From Fibrobacter succinogenes subsp. succinogenes S85 (GTDB lineage: Bacteria; Fibrobacterota; Fibrobacteria; Fibrobacterales; Fibrobacteraceae), in NCBI RefSeq assembly GCF_000146505.1, contig NC_017448.1, forward strand, positions 3,000,001 to 3,032,000: a DNA stretch of 32,000 nucleotides, in the 5' to 3' direction. Below are positions 22,877 through 31,534 of this stretch, one piece after another (position 1 is the first letter of the stretch; each line of letters begins with the position of its first letter). The notes beneath the pieces were generated by a model. The model saw only the letters and a program-made list of their open reading frames with translations. It was not told where the DNA came from and made no database searches. Made by a program: the position numbers and the translations under genes.

Positions 22877-24814
22877 ATGTCTCAAATCGAACTCACTTTC
22901 CCCGATGGCTCCGTACGTTCCGTAGCATCGGGCACAACCGGCCTCGAAATCGCAAAGAGCATTTCTGAAGGTCTCGCACGCAAGGCTCTCGGCGTTAAGC
23001 TCGGTGACAAGGTCCTCGACCTCAATCGCCCGCTCACAGAAAGCGGCGCTATCAAGATCATCACCCCGAACAACGACGATCCGGATGCATTGATGCTCCT
23101 CCGCCACAGCTGCAGCCACGTGCTCGCCGAAGCTATCTGCGACTTGTTTCCGGGCACTAAGCTCGCTTACGGTCCGGCTATCGACAAGGGTTTCTACTAC
23201 GATTTGATGACACCGACCCCGATCCAGCAGTCGGATTTCGAGCGCATCGAAAAGCGCATGAAGGAAATCATCAAGGAAGACCGTCCGTTCGTGCGTTGCG
23301 AAGTCAGCGCCGAAGATGGCCTGAAGCGCACCGAAGGCGACAAGTACAAGACCGATAACGCCCAGCGCGCACTCGCCCGCGAAGGCAGCGACGGTACGCT
23401 CAGCTTCTACGTGACTGGCGAACCGGGCAAGAACTTTGAAGACCTCTGTGCAGGTCCTCATGTACCTTCTACTGGCAAGCTCAAGAATTTCAAGGTGCTC
23501 TCCATGTCCGGTGCATACTGGCATGGCGACCAGAACAGCGACCAGCTGACTCGCGTGTACGGTACTTGCTTTGCTGACAAGGAAGGTCTCGAAACTTATT
23601 TGAAGTTCCTCGAAGAAGCCGAAAAGCGCGACCACCGCAAGATCGGTAAGGAAATGGACCTCTACCACATCGAAGACCATTCTCCGGGCATGGTGTTCTG
23701 GCACCCGAAGGGCACCAAGATGGTGAACGCCCTCAAGGACTACATCCGCGGAAAGATTGACCGTCGCGGCTACCTCGAAGTGATTACGCCGGAAATCGTG
23801 AACAAGACTTTGTGGATCAAGTCCGGCCACGCCGACAAGTACAACGAGAACATGTTCAAGACGCTCGCTGGCGACGTGGAAATGGCTGTGAAGCCGATGA
23901 ACTGCCCCTGCCACATCCAGATTTTCAACACGGGTCTGCGCAGCTGGCGCGACCTGCCGATGCGTCTTGCCGAATTCGGTAAGTGCCACCGTTACGAACC
24001 TGCCGGTACGATGCACGGCCTGATGCGCGTGCGCGGCTTTGTGCAGGACGACGCCCACATTTTCTGTACCGAAGACCAGATTGCAAGCGAAGTGGCCGAT
24101 TTCTGCGCCCTCGTCAAGGAAATCTACCACGACTTCGGTTTCGACGATATCGTCGTGAAGTTCTCCACCCGTCCGGAAAAGCGCGTGGGTTCCGACGAAA
24201 TCTGGGACAAGGCTGAAGCCGCCCTCGCCGAAGCAACGAAGCTCGCGGGTCTCGACTACATCTTGAACCCGGGCGAAGGCGCCTTCTATGGCCCGAAGCT
24301 CGAATTCACGTTGAAGGACTCTCTCGGTCGTGACTGGCAGTGCGGTACGATCCAGGTCGACTTCAACCTTCCGCAGCGCCTTGGTGCCGAATATGTCGGT
24401 AAGGACAACCAGAAGCACATTCCGGTGATGTTGCACCGTGCAGCAGTCGGTTCCATCGAACGCTTCCTCGGTATTCTTATCGAAGAATTCATGGGCGATT
24501 TCCCGCTGTGGCTCGCTCCGGTTCAGGCTCGCGTGCTCCCGATTTCTGAAAAGTTCGTGGACTATGCAAAGCAGGTCGAGAAGGAACTCGTGAACGCCGG
24601 CGTCCGCGTGGAAGTCGACGAATCCAACGAAAAGCTCGGCTACAAGATCCGCCAGTGCGAACTCCAGAAGGTGCCGTACCTCTTGATCGTAGGCGAGAAG
24701 GAAGTGGCAGACGGAGTCGTGTCCGTGCGTAAGCGCAAGGACGGGGACAAGGGCTCTATGACCGTAGCCCAGTTCTTGGAAATGACTGCAGAAGACCGCA
24801 AGGTCGTCCGCTAA
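22877..24814 (+). CDS. thrS: Threonine--tRNA ligase
   Basis: MSQIELTFPDGSVRSV... (TGS domain). Class II motifs: ...FRLAEFGKCHRYEPAGTMHGLMRVRGFVQDDAHIF..., ...GEGAFYGPKLEF..., ...MLHRAAVGSIERF. Start taken at ATG 22877 (AAGGAA RBS); ATG 22859 is possible. The ORF-track start 22724 adds an implausible 51-aa extension. Confidence 0.9.
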   Translation: MSQIELTFPDGSVRSVASGTTGLEIAKSISEGLARKALGVKLGDKVLDLNRPLTESGAIKIITPNNDDPDALMLLRHSCSHVLAEAICDLFPGTKLAYGPAIDKGFYYDLMTPTPIQQSDFERIEKRMKEIIKEDRPFVRCEVSAEDGLKRTEGDKYKTDNAQRALAREGSDGTLSFYVTGEPGKNFEDLCAGPHVPSTGKLKNFKVLSMSGAYWHGDQNSDQLTRVYGTCFADKEGLETYLKFLEEAEKRDHRKIGKEMDLYHIEDHSPGMVFWHPKGTKMVNALKDYIRGKIDRRGYLEVITPEIVNKTLWIKSGHADKYNENMFKTLAGDVEMAVKPMNCPCHIQIFNTGLRSWRDLPMRLAEFGKCHRYEPAGTMHGLMRVRGFVQDDAHIFCTEDQIASEVADFCALVKEIYHDFGFDDIVVKFSTRPEKRVGSDEIWDKAEAALAEATKLAGLDYILNPGEGAFYGPKLEFTLKDSLGRDWQCGTIQVDFNLPQRLGAEYVGKDNQKHIPVMLHRAAVGSIERFLGILIEEFMGDFPLWLAPVQARVLPISEKFVDYAKQVEKELVNAGVRVEVDESNEKLGYKIRQCELQKVPYLLIVGEKEVADGVVSVRKRKDGDKGSMTVAQFLEMTAEDRKVVR

Positions 24815-24840
24815 TCGCGCGATTCTCGCAAATATTTAAG

Positions 24841-24869
24841 CGCAGGTTCCTCGTGAGCCTGCGTTTTTT
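24841..24869 (+). terminator. Rho-independent terminator of thrS
   Basis: CGCAGG (24841-24846) / CCTGCG (24858-24863), followed by a T6 run. Confidence 0.7.
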
Positions 24870-24922
24870 GCGTTTTCTCGAAAAATATTGTAAATTACTA
24901 ACACAAGCTTTTAGGGGAGCTT

Positions 24923-26071
24923 ATGCACGAAATCTATTTGCGTGAAGTTTATGTCGCTGATATGCTGGGGATCTTCTTGATTCTCGGTGCTATTTTCAGT
25001 GGCGCTTGGAAGCTGCAAAAAAAGAACAACGAAGACAAGGTCTTGCTCGGCATTATCATTCTTGTGATTACGGCTTGCATTGCCGATGCAATTACTTTTT
25101 CCGTTGACGGTCTTACGGGGCCTGGCGTGAAGGCGCTGGCTTATGTTTCGAACAATATCCTCTTTTTGTCCAACATGGCGATTGGTCCCCTTTGGGTGAT
25201 GCTGATATCTTTGCACATCAATGGAGCTGTGTCCAAATTCCAGCGAATTTTTATGCTGTGTGTTTGCGGTGCGATTACAGTTTTGATGGTCGTGAATTTT
25301 TTCAATCCGATTATCTTTGACATCAACGAACGGAATGTGTATACCCGTGGCCCGCTATTCATGGTAAAGAACTTACTTGAGGTAGTCCTTATGGCGGATG
25401 GCGTTGTCATTTATTTAATCAGCCGTTACAAGAGCGGTGGTGTCAAGTTTTTCCCGGTTTTACATTTTGTGTGTCCTATATTTATTTGCGTCTGCTTGCA
25501 GATGTTCTATTACGGCATCTCTACGATTTGGGTGGGCATCGCCGTTGGTTACACAAGCTTGATGCTTGCCTTGCAGAACGAGAATATTTTTATCGATAAG
25601 CTGACGGGGCTTTATAATCGTTATTACCTGGATAAAGTTTCTGGAGAGCTGAAACGCAAAAGGAAAATCACGATGATGATGCTCGACATGAATGATTTCA
25701 AGAGCATCAACGATAACTTTGGCCATTCTCAGGGCGATGACGCATTGGTTTCGCTGGCGGAAGTCTTGGAAAAAACGGTCGGAGCTCAAGGGACTGTGGT
25801 CCGTTATGCGGGCGATGAATTTGTGATAATCTTGAATAACGGCGACGAGGATGCTGCTGAAAAATGCAAGTTGCAAATCAAGAAAAATCTGGAAGAATTC
25901 AACGAAACCCATAAAAAGAAGTACAAACTATCCGCTTCGATTGGCGTGGGTGTCTTTGATTTGGAAAAGGGCAATGTTGATAAAATTATGGAAAAGATTG
26001 ACAAGCTGATGTACGAAGATAAACGTGCATATTATGCCTTGACGCATCACGATCGCCGTCGCGGTCGATAA
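24923..26071 (+). CDS. Membrane-bound diguanylate cyclase (multi-TM N-terminus + GGDEF domain, A-site variant AGDEF)
   Basis: About 6-7 TM helices, then LTGLYNRYYL...LDMNDFKSINDNFGHSQGDDAL...VVRYAGDEFVIIL. RBS GGGGAG. Confidence 0.8.
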   Translation: MHEIYLREVYVADMLGIFLILGAIFSGAWKLQKKNNEDKVLLGIIILVITACIADAITFSVDGLTGPGVKALAYVSNNILFLSNMAIGPLWVMLISLHINGAVSKFQRIFMLCVCGAITVLMVVNFFNPIIFDINERNVYTRGPLFMVKNLLEVVLMADGVVIYLISRYKSGGVKFFPVLHFVCPIFICVCLQMFYYGISTIWVGIAVGYTSLMLALQNENIFIDKLTGLYNRYYLDKVSGELKRKRKITMMMLDMNDFKSINDNFGHSQGDDALVSLAEVLEKTVGAQGTVVRYAGDEFVIILNNGDEDAAEKCKLQIKKNLEEFNETHKKKYKLSASIGVGVFDLEKGNVDKIMEKIDKLMYEDKRAYYALTHHDRRRGR

Positions 26072-26078
26072 AAAAAAT

Positions 26079-26105
26079 GCCGGCTCTAGGATTTCTAGCG
26101 CCGGC
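26079..26105. terminator. Hairpin between convergent genes (bidirectional terminator candidate)
   Basis: GCCGGCTCTAG / CTAGCGCCGGC with one mismatch. An A8 run lies upstream and TTTAAATTT downstream. Confidence 0.6.
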
Positions 26106-26112
26106 TTTAAAT

Positions 26113-28821
26113 TTATTTCCAATCAATTTTTAGAGTCTTGATGAGCGAATCTAGACGATTTGTTAATTGCGCTGCTCCTTTATCGGCAAGATGGTCGCAG
26201 TTCAATGCCATTTCGTCTGTGTAGTCGTGGTCGCCCATCTTGTTTTCGTCCATCAGTATGAAGTGTTTGTATTTATCCTGGAACTTCTGGATTTTTTCAA
26301 TCATCTTCTTGGCGATCGAGCGACGGAGACCATAGCGCCCGAATGCTCCTGTACTTCTATAATCGGGGGATTGCGGGAAGATGATGCCGATGAGGTATAG
26401 ATTCTTGCTTTCGGCTTCCTGGATAAAGTCTTCGACTTCTTCGAGGAGCATGTCGGAGGGGTCTTTGGTGATTCCGTCCATGTTCGTGGAGTCCACGTAA
26501 ACGGGGCTGCCTTGCCAACCATCGCCAGAGTCCTCGACATGGCCAAGCATTGTCTGTTCCGTTTCTCTGATATCGCTGTTTTCGCCGTAGGAATCACGAG
26601 TCAGTTCGTACAAGCCTTCCGGATAGCCGTCTGCCCAGAAATTGTGATTGGCGTCGTAGATGAATCCCGTGGAGTGTTCAAAAATCAATTTCCAGAAGCT
26701 TGGCATTTCGAAGTGGCGCCAGAACAGGATGTCAATATCGATGGAAACGGCAACGACTTTCAGTTTTGGCAAGAGATTGACTCCGTACTGGAACAGTAAT
26801 TTCTTGGCGACAGACAAGTCTACGGCCGCGTTAGACATGTTGATGGAGAATATATCCTTGTTCTTGTTTAAAATGATGGGATTGAATCCGGCCCATGGTC
26901 TTGAAGAACCCGAAACGAGAACGTTGATAGAGTCGCGGTGCTTGTAAAGTAATTCCATATCGTAGCGGCTCATGGTTGTGCTCATGTCGCCTGTGTAGGG
27001 GCAGTTGAGCTCGTACATGCCGGCACTATCGATGTTTAGTTTTGTTTCAAAATTCTGGAGCTTGCCAATCCAAAAATCGGGATGCCATAGTTCCGCACCG
27101 CTTGCGATTTCTGTGACGCTTGAATCGTTTGTATTGACGAGGACGATTTTGGGGTGGGCGCCATCGATGTCTGTAAGCGTTGCCACGGCGAAATTCTCGC
27201 TGTTGTGGACCCATTCCGTGTGGTCAAACGTGTAGCCTTTGGGCGCCGGAATCATCTTGACGAGTTTCCCCGTGCTGTCGGCTATTAGCATTTGTTCGTG
27301 CGTGTTGTATTTTGCGCCCGAAAATTCTTTTCCGGTTTTTCCGCCAAAGTCCAGGAATAGCGTCTGCTTTGTCAATTCAGAAAGCGATGCGTTGCAGGCC
27401 TGTTCTTCGTTGTACCACGTTTGATTTTTGCCGTTTACGTTGGCGCGGAGAAGTCTTGCTCCCGAAACAGCGAGCTTGCCGTCAGCGCTGATGCCGCCGT
27501 TGAATGTCCCGTTGAAGAGCTTCTTGGGCGTTTCGAATTTACCATCTGCGAATTTGACGCTCCATGTAGATGCGTTTTCCCATTTTGCCTTGTCGGAATT
27601 GTTGTCGGCGCTTGAGACGTAAACGATTTCGGTGTCGCCTTCGTGTACACGCCAGCGCGGGATTGCCGCACTCTCAACATCTAGTTTGTATTTGAGTTCC
27701 GTGGAATCAAGGCGACGAACGTAAAGCTCGGATGTTCCCGAAATGCCCTCGTACTTTGTTGAAAATGCAACAAATCTTCCATCAGGCGAAAGGGTGGGGT
27801 GGTAGGCGTCGATGGTGTCTATGATTTCAGATACGGTCGGGGTGCCGTTCGTGAAGTTGATTATTGCAATGTTGCCGGTTTCGTCATTGCGGAAAACGAG
27901 TTTGTTGTGATAGGTCTTTGTCGATTTCCTTAATTCTGCCGATGTCGTAAGAGCATTGATGGGCGATGCGATGGCAATGCCCTTGGCGTTCATCCAGACG
28001 GCATCTGGAATTTTGCCGAAGGCGAGTCTGAATCCGACGTAGTTTGCCTTGGTCGATGAGGTGACTGTATAAACGTCTCCGCGGTTGTCAAGCGTCATGG
28101 CGGCGGGCTCGTTGCGGTAGCTGCCACCCTTTACGACTCGTTCACCGATGTTGCCTCCATCGGGAGCGCCCACGTAGTTGGTAATTGTCGTATCGCGAAA
28201 TGCGCCCATCCAGTCGTTGACCCATTCCATGGCGTTTCCGGCAAGGTCGCAAATGTCGGCTGTAGAATCGGCGGTGCAGGGCTTGTGCAACTTGTAGTCG
28301 GAATTGTCCGCGTTCCAGCTTTTGTGCGGTTCCCAATTGTTTGAAGCGACTAGCGTCCATTCTGCTTCGGTGGGGAGTCTGTAGGAATTGCGGTCGGCAT
28401 GGAATTCGTAACCGGCGAGCTCTGTGCAATGCCCGTCGGAATCAAACGTTGCCGAGGTGTAGCTGTAAGCGGTGTCGAGTTTTTCGCTTTTGCTTTTTTC
28501 GTTCGCAAAAAGGACGGCGTCAAAAAAGGTGATGTTTGTTACAGGGAGTTCTGCGTTTTCACATTTGTGATTCTTGACGAGCTTTGCAAAATCACCGCAG
28601 GTGACTTCGTGCTTGTCAATCGAAAAGTCGTAAGCGAAATTGGCCTTCAGTTTTGCGCCTAACCTAACCGTTGAGTTTTGGGTGCTTATCAGTATCATCC
28701 CATTGTGTTCTTTGTCATTTTCAATGGAAATGTGTATAGACTCGGCAGACGATGTTCCGCTGTCGGAACAACCGATTAAAACCCCTGCGCAAACGATTAG
28801 TGCTGGCCATTTCATAGTCAA
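26113..28821 (-). CDS. Large lipoprotein: FGE-sulfatase (SUMF1-like) domain + TolB-like beta-propeller + SGNH/DUF1574-like C-terminal domain (TIGR02171-like Fibrobacter paralog family)
   Basis: Lipobox MTMKWPALIVCAGVLIGC. FGE-sulfatase motifs: HEVTCGDFAKLV, YRLPTEAEWT, AGNAMEWVNDW, VVKGGSY. PD40-like segment TLSPDGRFVAFST. C-terminal VLVSGSSR ... NCDHL resembles SGNH blocks I and V. Size (902 aa) and lipoprotein character fit my recollection of TIGR02171. Confidence 0.65.
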   Translation of the reverse strand: MTMKWPALIVCAGVLIGCSDSGTSSAESIHISIENDKEHNGMILISTQNSTVRLGAKLKANFAYDFSIDKHEVTCGDFAKLVKNHKCENAELPVTNITFFDAVLFANEKSKSEKLDTAYSYTSATFDSDGHCTELAGYEFHADRNSYRLPTEAEWTLVASNNWEPHKSWNADNSDYKLHKPCTADSTADICDLAGNAMEWVNDWMGAFRDTTITNYVGAPDGGNIGERVVKGGSYRNEPAAMTLDNRGDVYTVTSSTKANYVGFRLAFGKIPDAVWMNAKGIAIASPINALTTSAELRKSTKTYHNKLVFRNDETGNIAIINFTNGTPTVSEIIDTIDAYHPTLSPDGRFVAFSTKYEGISGTSELYVRRLDSTELKYKLDVESAAIPRWRVHEGDTEIVYVSSADNNSDKAKWENASTWSVKFADGKFETPKKLFNGTFNGGISADGKLAVSGARLLRANVNGKNQTWYNEEQACNASLSELTKQTLFLDFGGKTGKEFSGAKYNTHEQMLIADSTGKLVKMIPAPKGYTFDHTEWVHNSENFAVATLTDIDGAHPKIVLVNTNDSSVTEIASGAELWHPDFWIGKLQNFETKLNIDSAGMYELNCPYTGDMSTTMSRYDMELLYKHRDSINVLVSGSSRPWAGFNPIILNKNKDIFSINMSNAAVDLSVAKKLLFQYGVNLLPKLKVVAVSIDIDILFWRHFEMPSFWKLIFEHSTGFIYDANHNFWADGYPEGLYELTRDSYGENSDIRETEQTMLGHVEDSGDGWQGSPVYVDSTNMDGITKDPSDMLLEEVEDFIQEAESKNLYLIGIIFPQSPDYRSTGAFGRYGLRRSIAKKMIEKIQKFQDKYKHFILMDENKMGDHDYTDEMALNCDHLADKGAAQLTNRLDSLIKTLKIDWK

Positions 28822-28868
28822 TCAAAATCCTTTTAAGGCTATGGGACAAAATATAAAATTTGGTCAGC

Positions 28869-28901
28869 CAAAAAAAATGCCGGGTAGTGCTTGTACCCGG
28901 C
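28869..28901 (-). terminator. Rho-independent terminator of the rubredoxin gene
   Basis: On the minus strand, GCCGGGTA / TACCCGGC (28879-28886 and 28894-28901) is followed by a T run (the A run on the + strand at 28870-28877). Confidence 0.75.
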
Positions 28902-28923
28902 GTAAAAAGAAACTTAGCGGATT

Positions 28924-29085
28924 TTATTCTTCCTTGACGAACATGTCCTTGCCGACACCGCAAATGGGGCAGGTCCAATCGTCCGGTAAATCTTCAAAGG
29001 CTGTGCCCGGCGCAATGCCGTTATCCGGATCGCCTACAGCGGGATCGTAAATGTAGCCGCATGCATCGCACTTGTATTTTGCCAT
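28924..29085 (-). CDS. Rubredoxin
   Basis: 53 aa, below the ORF-track cutoff. [53 protein letters not shown] has both CxxCG knuckles and the conserved W. RBS AAGGAG. Confidence 0.9.
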   Translation of the reverse strand: MAKYKCDACGYIYDPAVGDPDNGIAPGTAFEDLPDDWTCPICGVGKDMFVKEE

Positions 29086-29163
29086 AAAATTCTCCTTGCT
29101 TAATTGTGCTCTTTTTAAACTATATAAATAAATGGTAGAAAGTCAGATTTTTATATTTTTTTT

Positions 29164-29847
29164 GTGTTTGTGACGACCCGAGTATATATTGCCGATATTT
29201 CTGCGTTGAAAGAAACGCCTGTTTTTGAGCGTTTTTTGGGGCAGGTTCCCGAATATCGCCAAAAAAAGGCAATGTCGTTTAAGTTCCCTAAAGGGAAAAT
29301 GCAATCACTTGGCGTTGGACTTTTGCTCCAGATGGCATGTCGCGATGCTGGGTTTGAAGGCGCGGACAATCATATTGCGTATGGCGAAAATGGCAAGCCG
29401 TATTTGAAGGATTTCCCGGAGGTGCATTTTAATTTGTCGCATTCGGGCGAACGCGTGATGTGCGTGATTTCGCCATTTGAAGTCGGCTGCGATGTGGAAA
29501 TTATCAAGGGCGACCGCGGCAAGCTTGCTGAGCGTTTTTTCAAGCCCGAAGAATCTGCATGGATCAAGCATTTCGAAACTCTCGAAGCGCAGTCTGAGGC
29601 GTTTTACAGACTGTGGACGCTCAAGGAATGTTATATGAAAGTGACGGGGCGCGGCCTCTCGCTCATGCCAGATATGTTTGCGCTACACATGGATGAACTC
29701 GAGAATGTGACGCTGTTTCACGAAGGCAAACGCCCGGAATATTCATTCCGGGAAATCGACTTGCACGATGGCTACCGCTATGCTTATTGCATCAAGAACG
29801 ACGGCTTTATTGCACCGTCCGAAATAAAGCAAGTGCAGTTTACTTGA
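29164..29847 (+). CDS. 4'-phosphopantetheinyl transferase (Sfp type)
   Basis: FNLSHSGERVMCVIS, VGCDVE and FYRLWTLKECYMKVTGRG match the PPTase signature motifs. GTG start. Confidence 0.8.
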   Translation: MFVTTRVYIADISALKETPVFERFLGQVPEYRQKKAMSFKFPKGKMQSLGVGLLLQMACRDAGFEGADNHIAYGENGKPYLKDFPEVHFNLSHSGERVMCVISPFEVGCDVEIIKGDRGKLAERFFKPEESAWIKHFETLEAQSEAFYRLWTLKECYMKVTGRGLSLMPDMFALHMDELENVTLFHEGKRPEYSFREIDLHDGYRYAYCIKNDGFIAPSEIKQVQFT

Positions 29848-30862
29848 TAACTCTAATATAATCGACGAGCATTTCGTTCGGGAACTGTGAATCGTCTACT
29901 TCAAAGCCGGGCCAGTTGCCTGCCACGGCGACATTCAGCAAGAAGAAGAACGGCTTGTGGAATTCCTCGGTATCGCCTTCGTTGCCTTCAATTAGAATCT
30001 CGTGGTACATGAAGTCATCGACGAACATGCGGATGTATTTCTCGTCCCACGTGAATTTGTACGTGTGGAACTGCGTGATGTCGAGGTCAAATTTCTGGTT
30101 GCGGTAATCGCCGGTGTTATTGCCGTAGGTCGCGTATTCGGTGCCGTTTGCCCAGTGGTTTGTACCGTAGATTTTGTTTTCGCTATTGACTGCTTCGATG
30201 ATGTCTATTTCGCCGCAGGCGGGCCATCCGACTGTGTCGAAGTTTTCGCCGAGCATCCAGAATGCAGGCCAGATTCCCTTGCCGGTCGGGAGTGCAATGC
30301 GCGCTTCTACCGTGCCGTACTTGAACGCAAATTTGCCTTTGGTGAGCATGCGGGCGGAGGTGTACTTTTGACCTTCGTAGTCTTCTTTCTGGGCGCGGAT
30401 GTGCAAGACGCCGTCCTTGACGTAGGCGTTTTCTTTACGGTCGGTGTAGTATTCCCATTCGTTGTTGCCCCAGCCGCTTGCGCCTGTGCCGATGTCGAAT
30501 GTCCATTTGTTTAAGTCTATGGATTCACCGTCGAATTCGTCGTTCCAGAAGTATTCTGCGGCGGGTTCTTCGCTGCTTGAAGAAGTTGTTTCCGAGCTGC
30601 TTGAGGAAACCGTTTCGGAACTGCTGGAAAATTCAATTGTCATGCTGCTTGAAGATGCCGCGGAGCTTTCAATGACGTTGTCGATTGAACTTGATGATGC
30701 TGCGGCAATTTCAGAACTGCTTGACGATTGAACTGCCGCGCAACTTGAGGACTCCGTGGAACTTTCTGCGGGTCCCGCGAAACTGGGTGACGCATCATCG
30801 GAACATGCTGCTAAACAAGCGATTAAGGCGGCACATCCCATTGCAACAAACTTATAAACCAT
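29840..30862 (-). CDS. GH16 family endo-beta-1,3(4)-glucanase (laminarinase/lichenase-like) lipoprotein with a Ser-rich linker
   Basis: Lipobox ...ALIACLAAC. Ser-rich linker of about 75 aa. GH16 blocks: FWNDEFDG, KWTFDIG, YTSARMLTKGKF, GIWPAFWMLG, and catalytic GEIDIIE (ExDxxE). The 3' end overlaps the PPTase 3' end by 8 nt. Confidence 0.85.
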   Translation of the reverse strand: MVYKFVAMGCAALIACLAACSDDASPSFAGPAESSTESSSCAAVQSSSSSEIAAASSSSIDNVIESSAASSSSMTIEFSSSSETVSSSSSETTSSSSEEPAAEYFWNDEFDGESIDLNKWTFDIGTGASGWGNNEWEYYTDRKENAYVKDGVLHIRAQKEDYEGQKYTSARMLTKGKFAFKYGTVEARIALPTGKGIWPAFWMLGENFDTVGWPACGEIDIIEAVNSENKIYGTNHWANGTEYATYGNNTGDYRNQKFDLDITQFHTYKFTWDEKYIRMFVDDFMYHEILIEGNEGDTEEFHKPFFFLLNVAVAGNWPGFEVDDSQFPNEMLVDYIRVIK

Positions 30863-30886
30863 AAAACCAACCCCTTACTTTTCTAA

Positions 30887-31390
30887 TTACTTTGCGTCCG
30901 GATCTTCCGGGTGGACACGTGCAATCACGCCAACCGTTGCTCGCGTAGCCTTAACCAAGTCTGCCGGCGCTACTTTCAACTGCAAACCACGTTCGCCTGC
31001 GCTCACGTAAATGTACGGGAACTGCATCGCTGTCTCGTGAATGAAAATGGGGTAGTTCTTCTTGAGTCCGAGCGGGCTGCAGCCGCCACGAATGTAACCC
31101 GTCAGCGGAGTCAAATCCTTGAGCGGGACGGTGTCGATTTTCTTGTTGCCGCTTACTTTGGCAGCCCCCTTCAAGTCCACTTCGAGATTGCCTGGAACAA
31201 CGCAAATAAGGTAACCAATCTTGTCTCCATGCACGAGAATCGTCTTGAAAACCTGGTTGATATCTTCGCCTAGGCTGTCGGCCACGTGCTGTGCGCCAAG
31301 GTCGTTTTCATCAACCTTGTATGGGATTAGTTCGTATTGAATCTTCTGCCTGTCCAAAATGCGGGCGGCATTAGTCTTTTTGATGTCCAT
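30887..31390 (-). CDS. ybaK: Cys-tRNA(Pro)/Cys-tRNA(Cys) deacylase, YbaK/EbsC family
   Basis: Start taken at ATG 31390 (MDIKKTNAARILDRQKIQYELIPY...). KTILV...VVPGNLEVDLK...GGCSPLG...SAGERG match YbaK/EbsC. The ORF-track extension to 31945 is antisense to the next gene. Confidence 0.8.
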   Translation of the reverse strand: MDIKKTNAARILDRQKIQYELIPYKVDENDLGAQHVADSLGEDINQVFKTILVHGDKIGYLICVVPGNLEVDLKGAAKVSGNKKIDTVPLKDLTPLTGYIRGGCSPLGLKKNYPIFIHETAMQFPYIYVSAGERGLQLKVAPADLVKATRATVGVIARVHPEDPDAK

Positions 31391-31534
31391 AAATTCCTCA
31401 AAAGCGGGTTTAAACCCCTTGAATATTCCAATTTCAAATATAAATCTTTGAGGGTACCGGTTGCAATAGTTGTAAGTGAAAGCTAAATTAAAAAAGTGTA
31501 GTTGTATGGTGTTTTGGTGGAGAAGGAGTATTCT

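Noticed and set aside
22778-24436. 552-aa minus-strand ORF opposite thrS
   Set aside because: The thrS frame carries unmistakable class II aaRS motifs. The antisense frame is a codon-bias artefact (V/A/E/R-rich).
28640-29050. 136-aa + strand ORF spanning the lipoprotein start, the intergenic region and the rubredoxin gene
   Set aside because: It crosses a terminator and is antisense to the rubredoxin gene, whose CxxCG motifs are unambiguous.
31406-31417. Perfect 12-bp palindrome GGGTTTAAACCC between ybaK and the PAS-GGDEF gene
   Set aside because: It is a single short palindrome with no second copy in the window. I cannot distinguish an operator from chance, so I note it only as a possible regulatory site.
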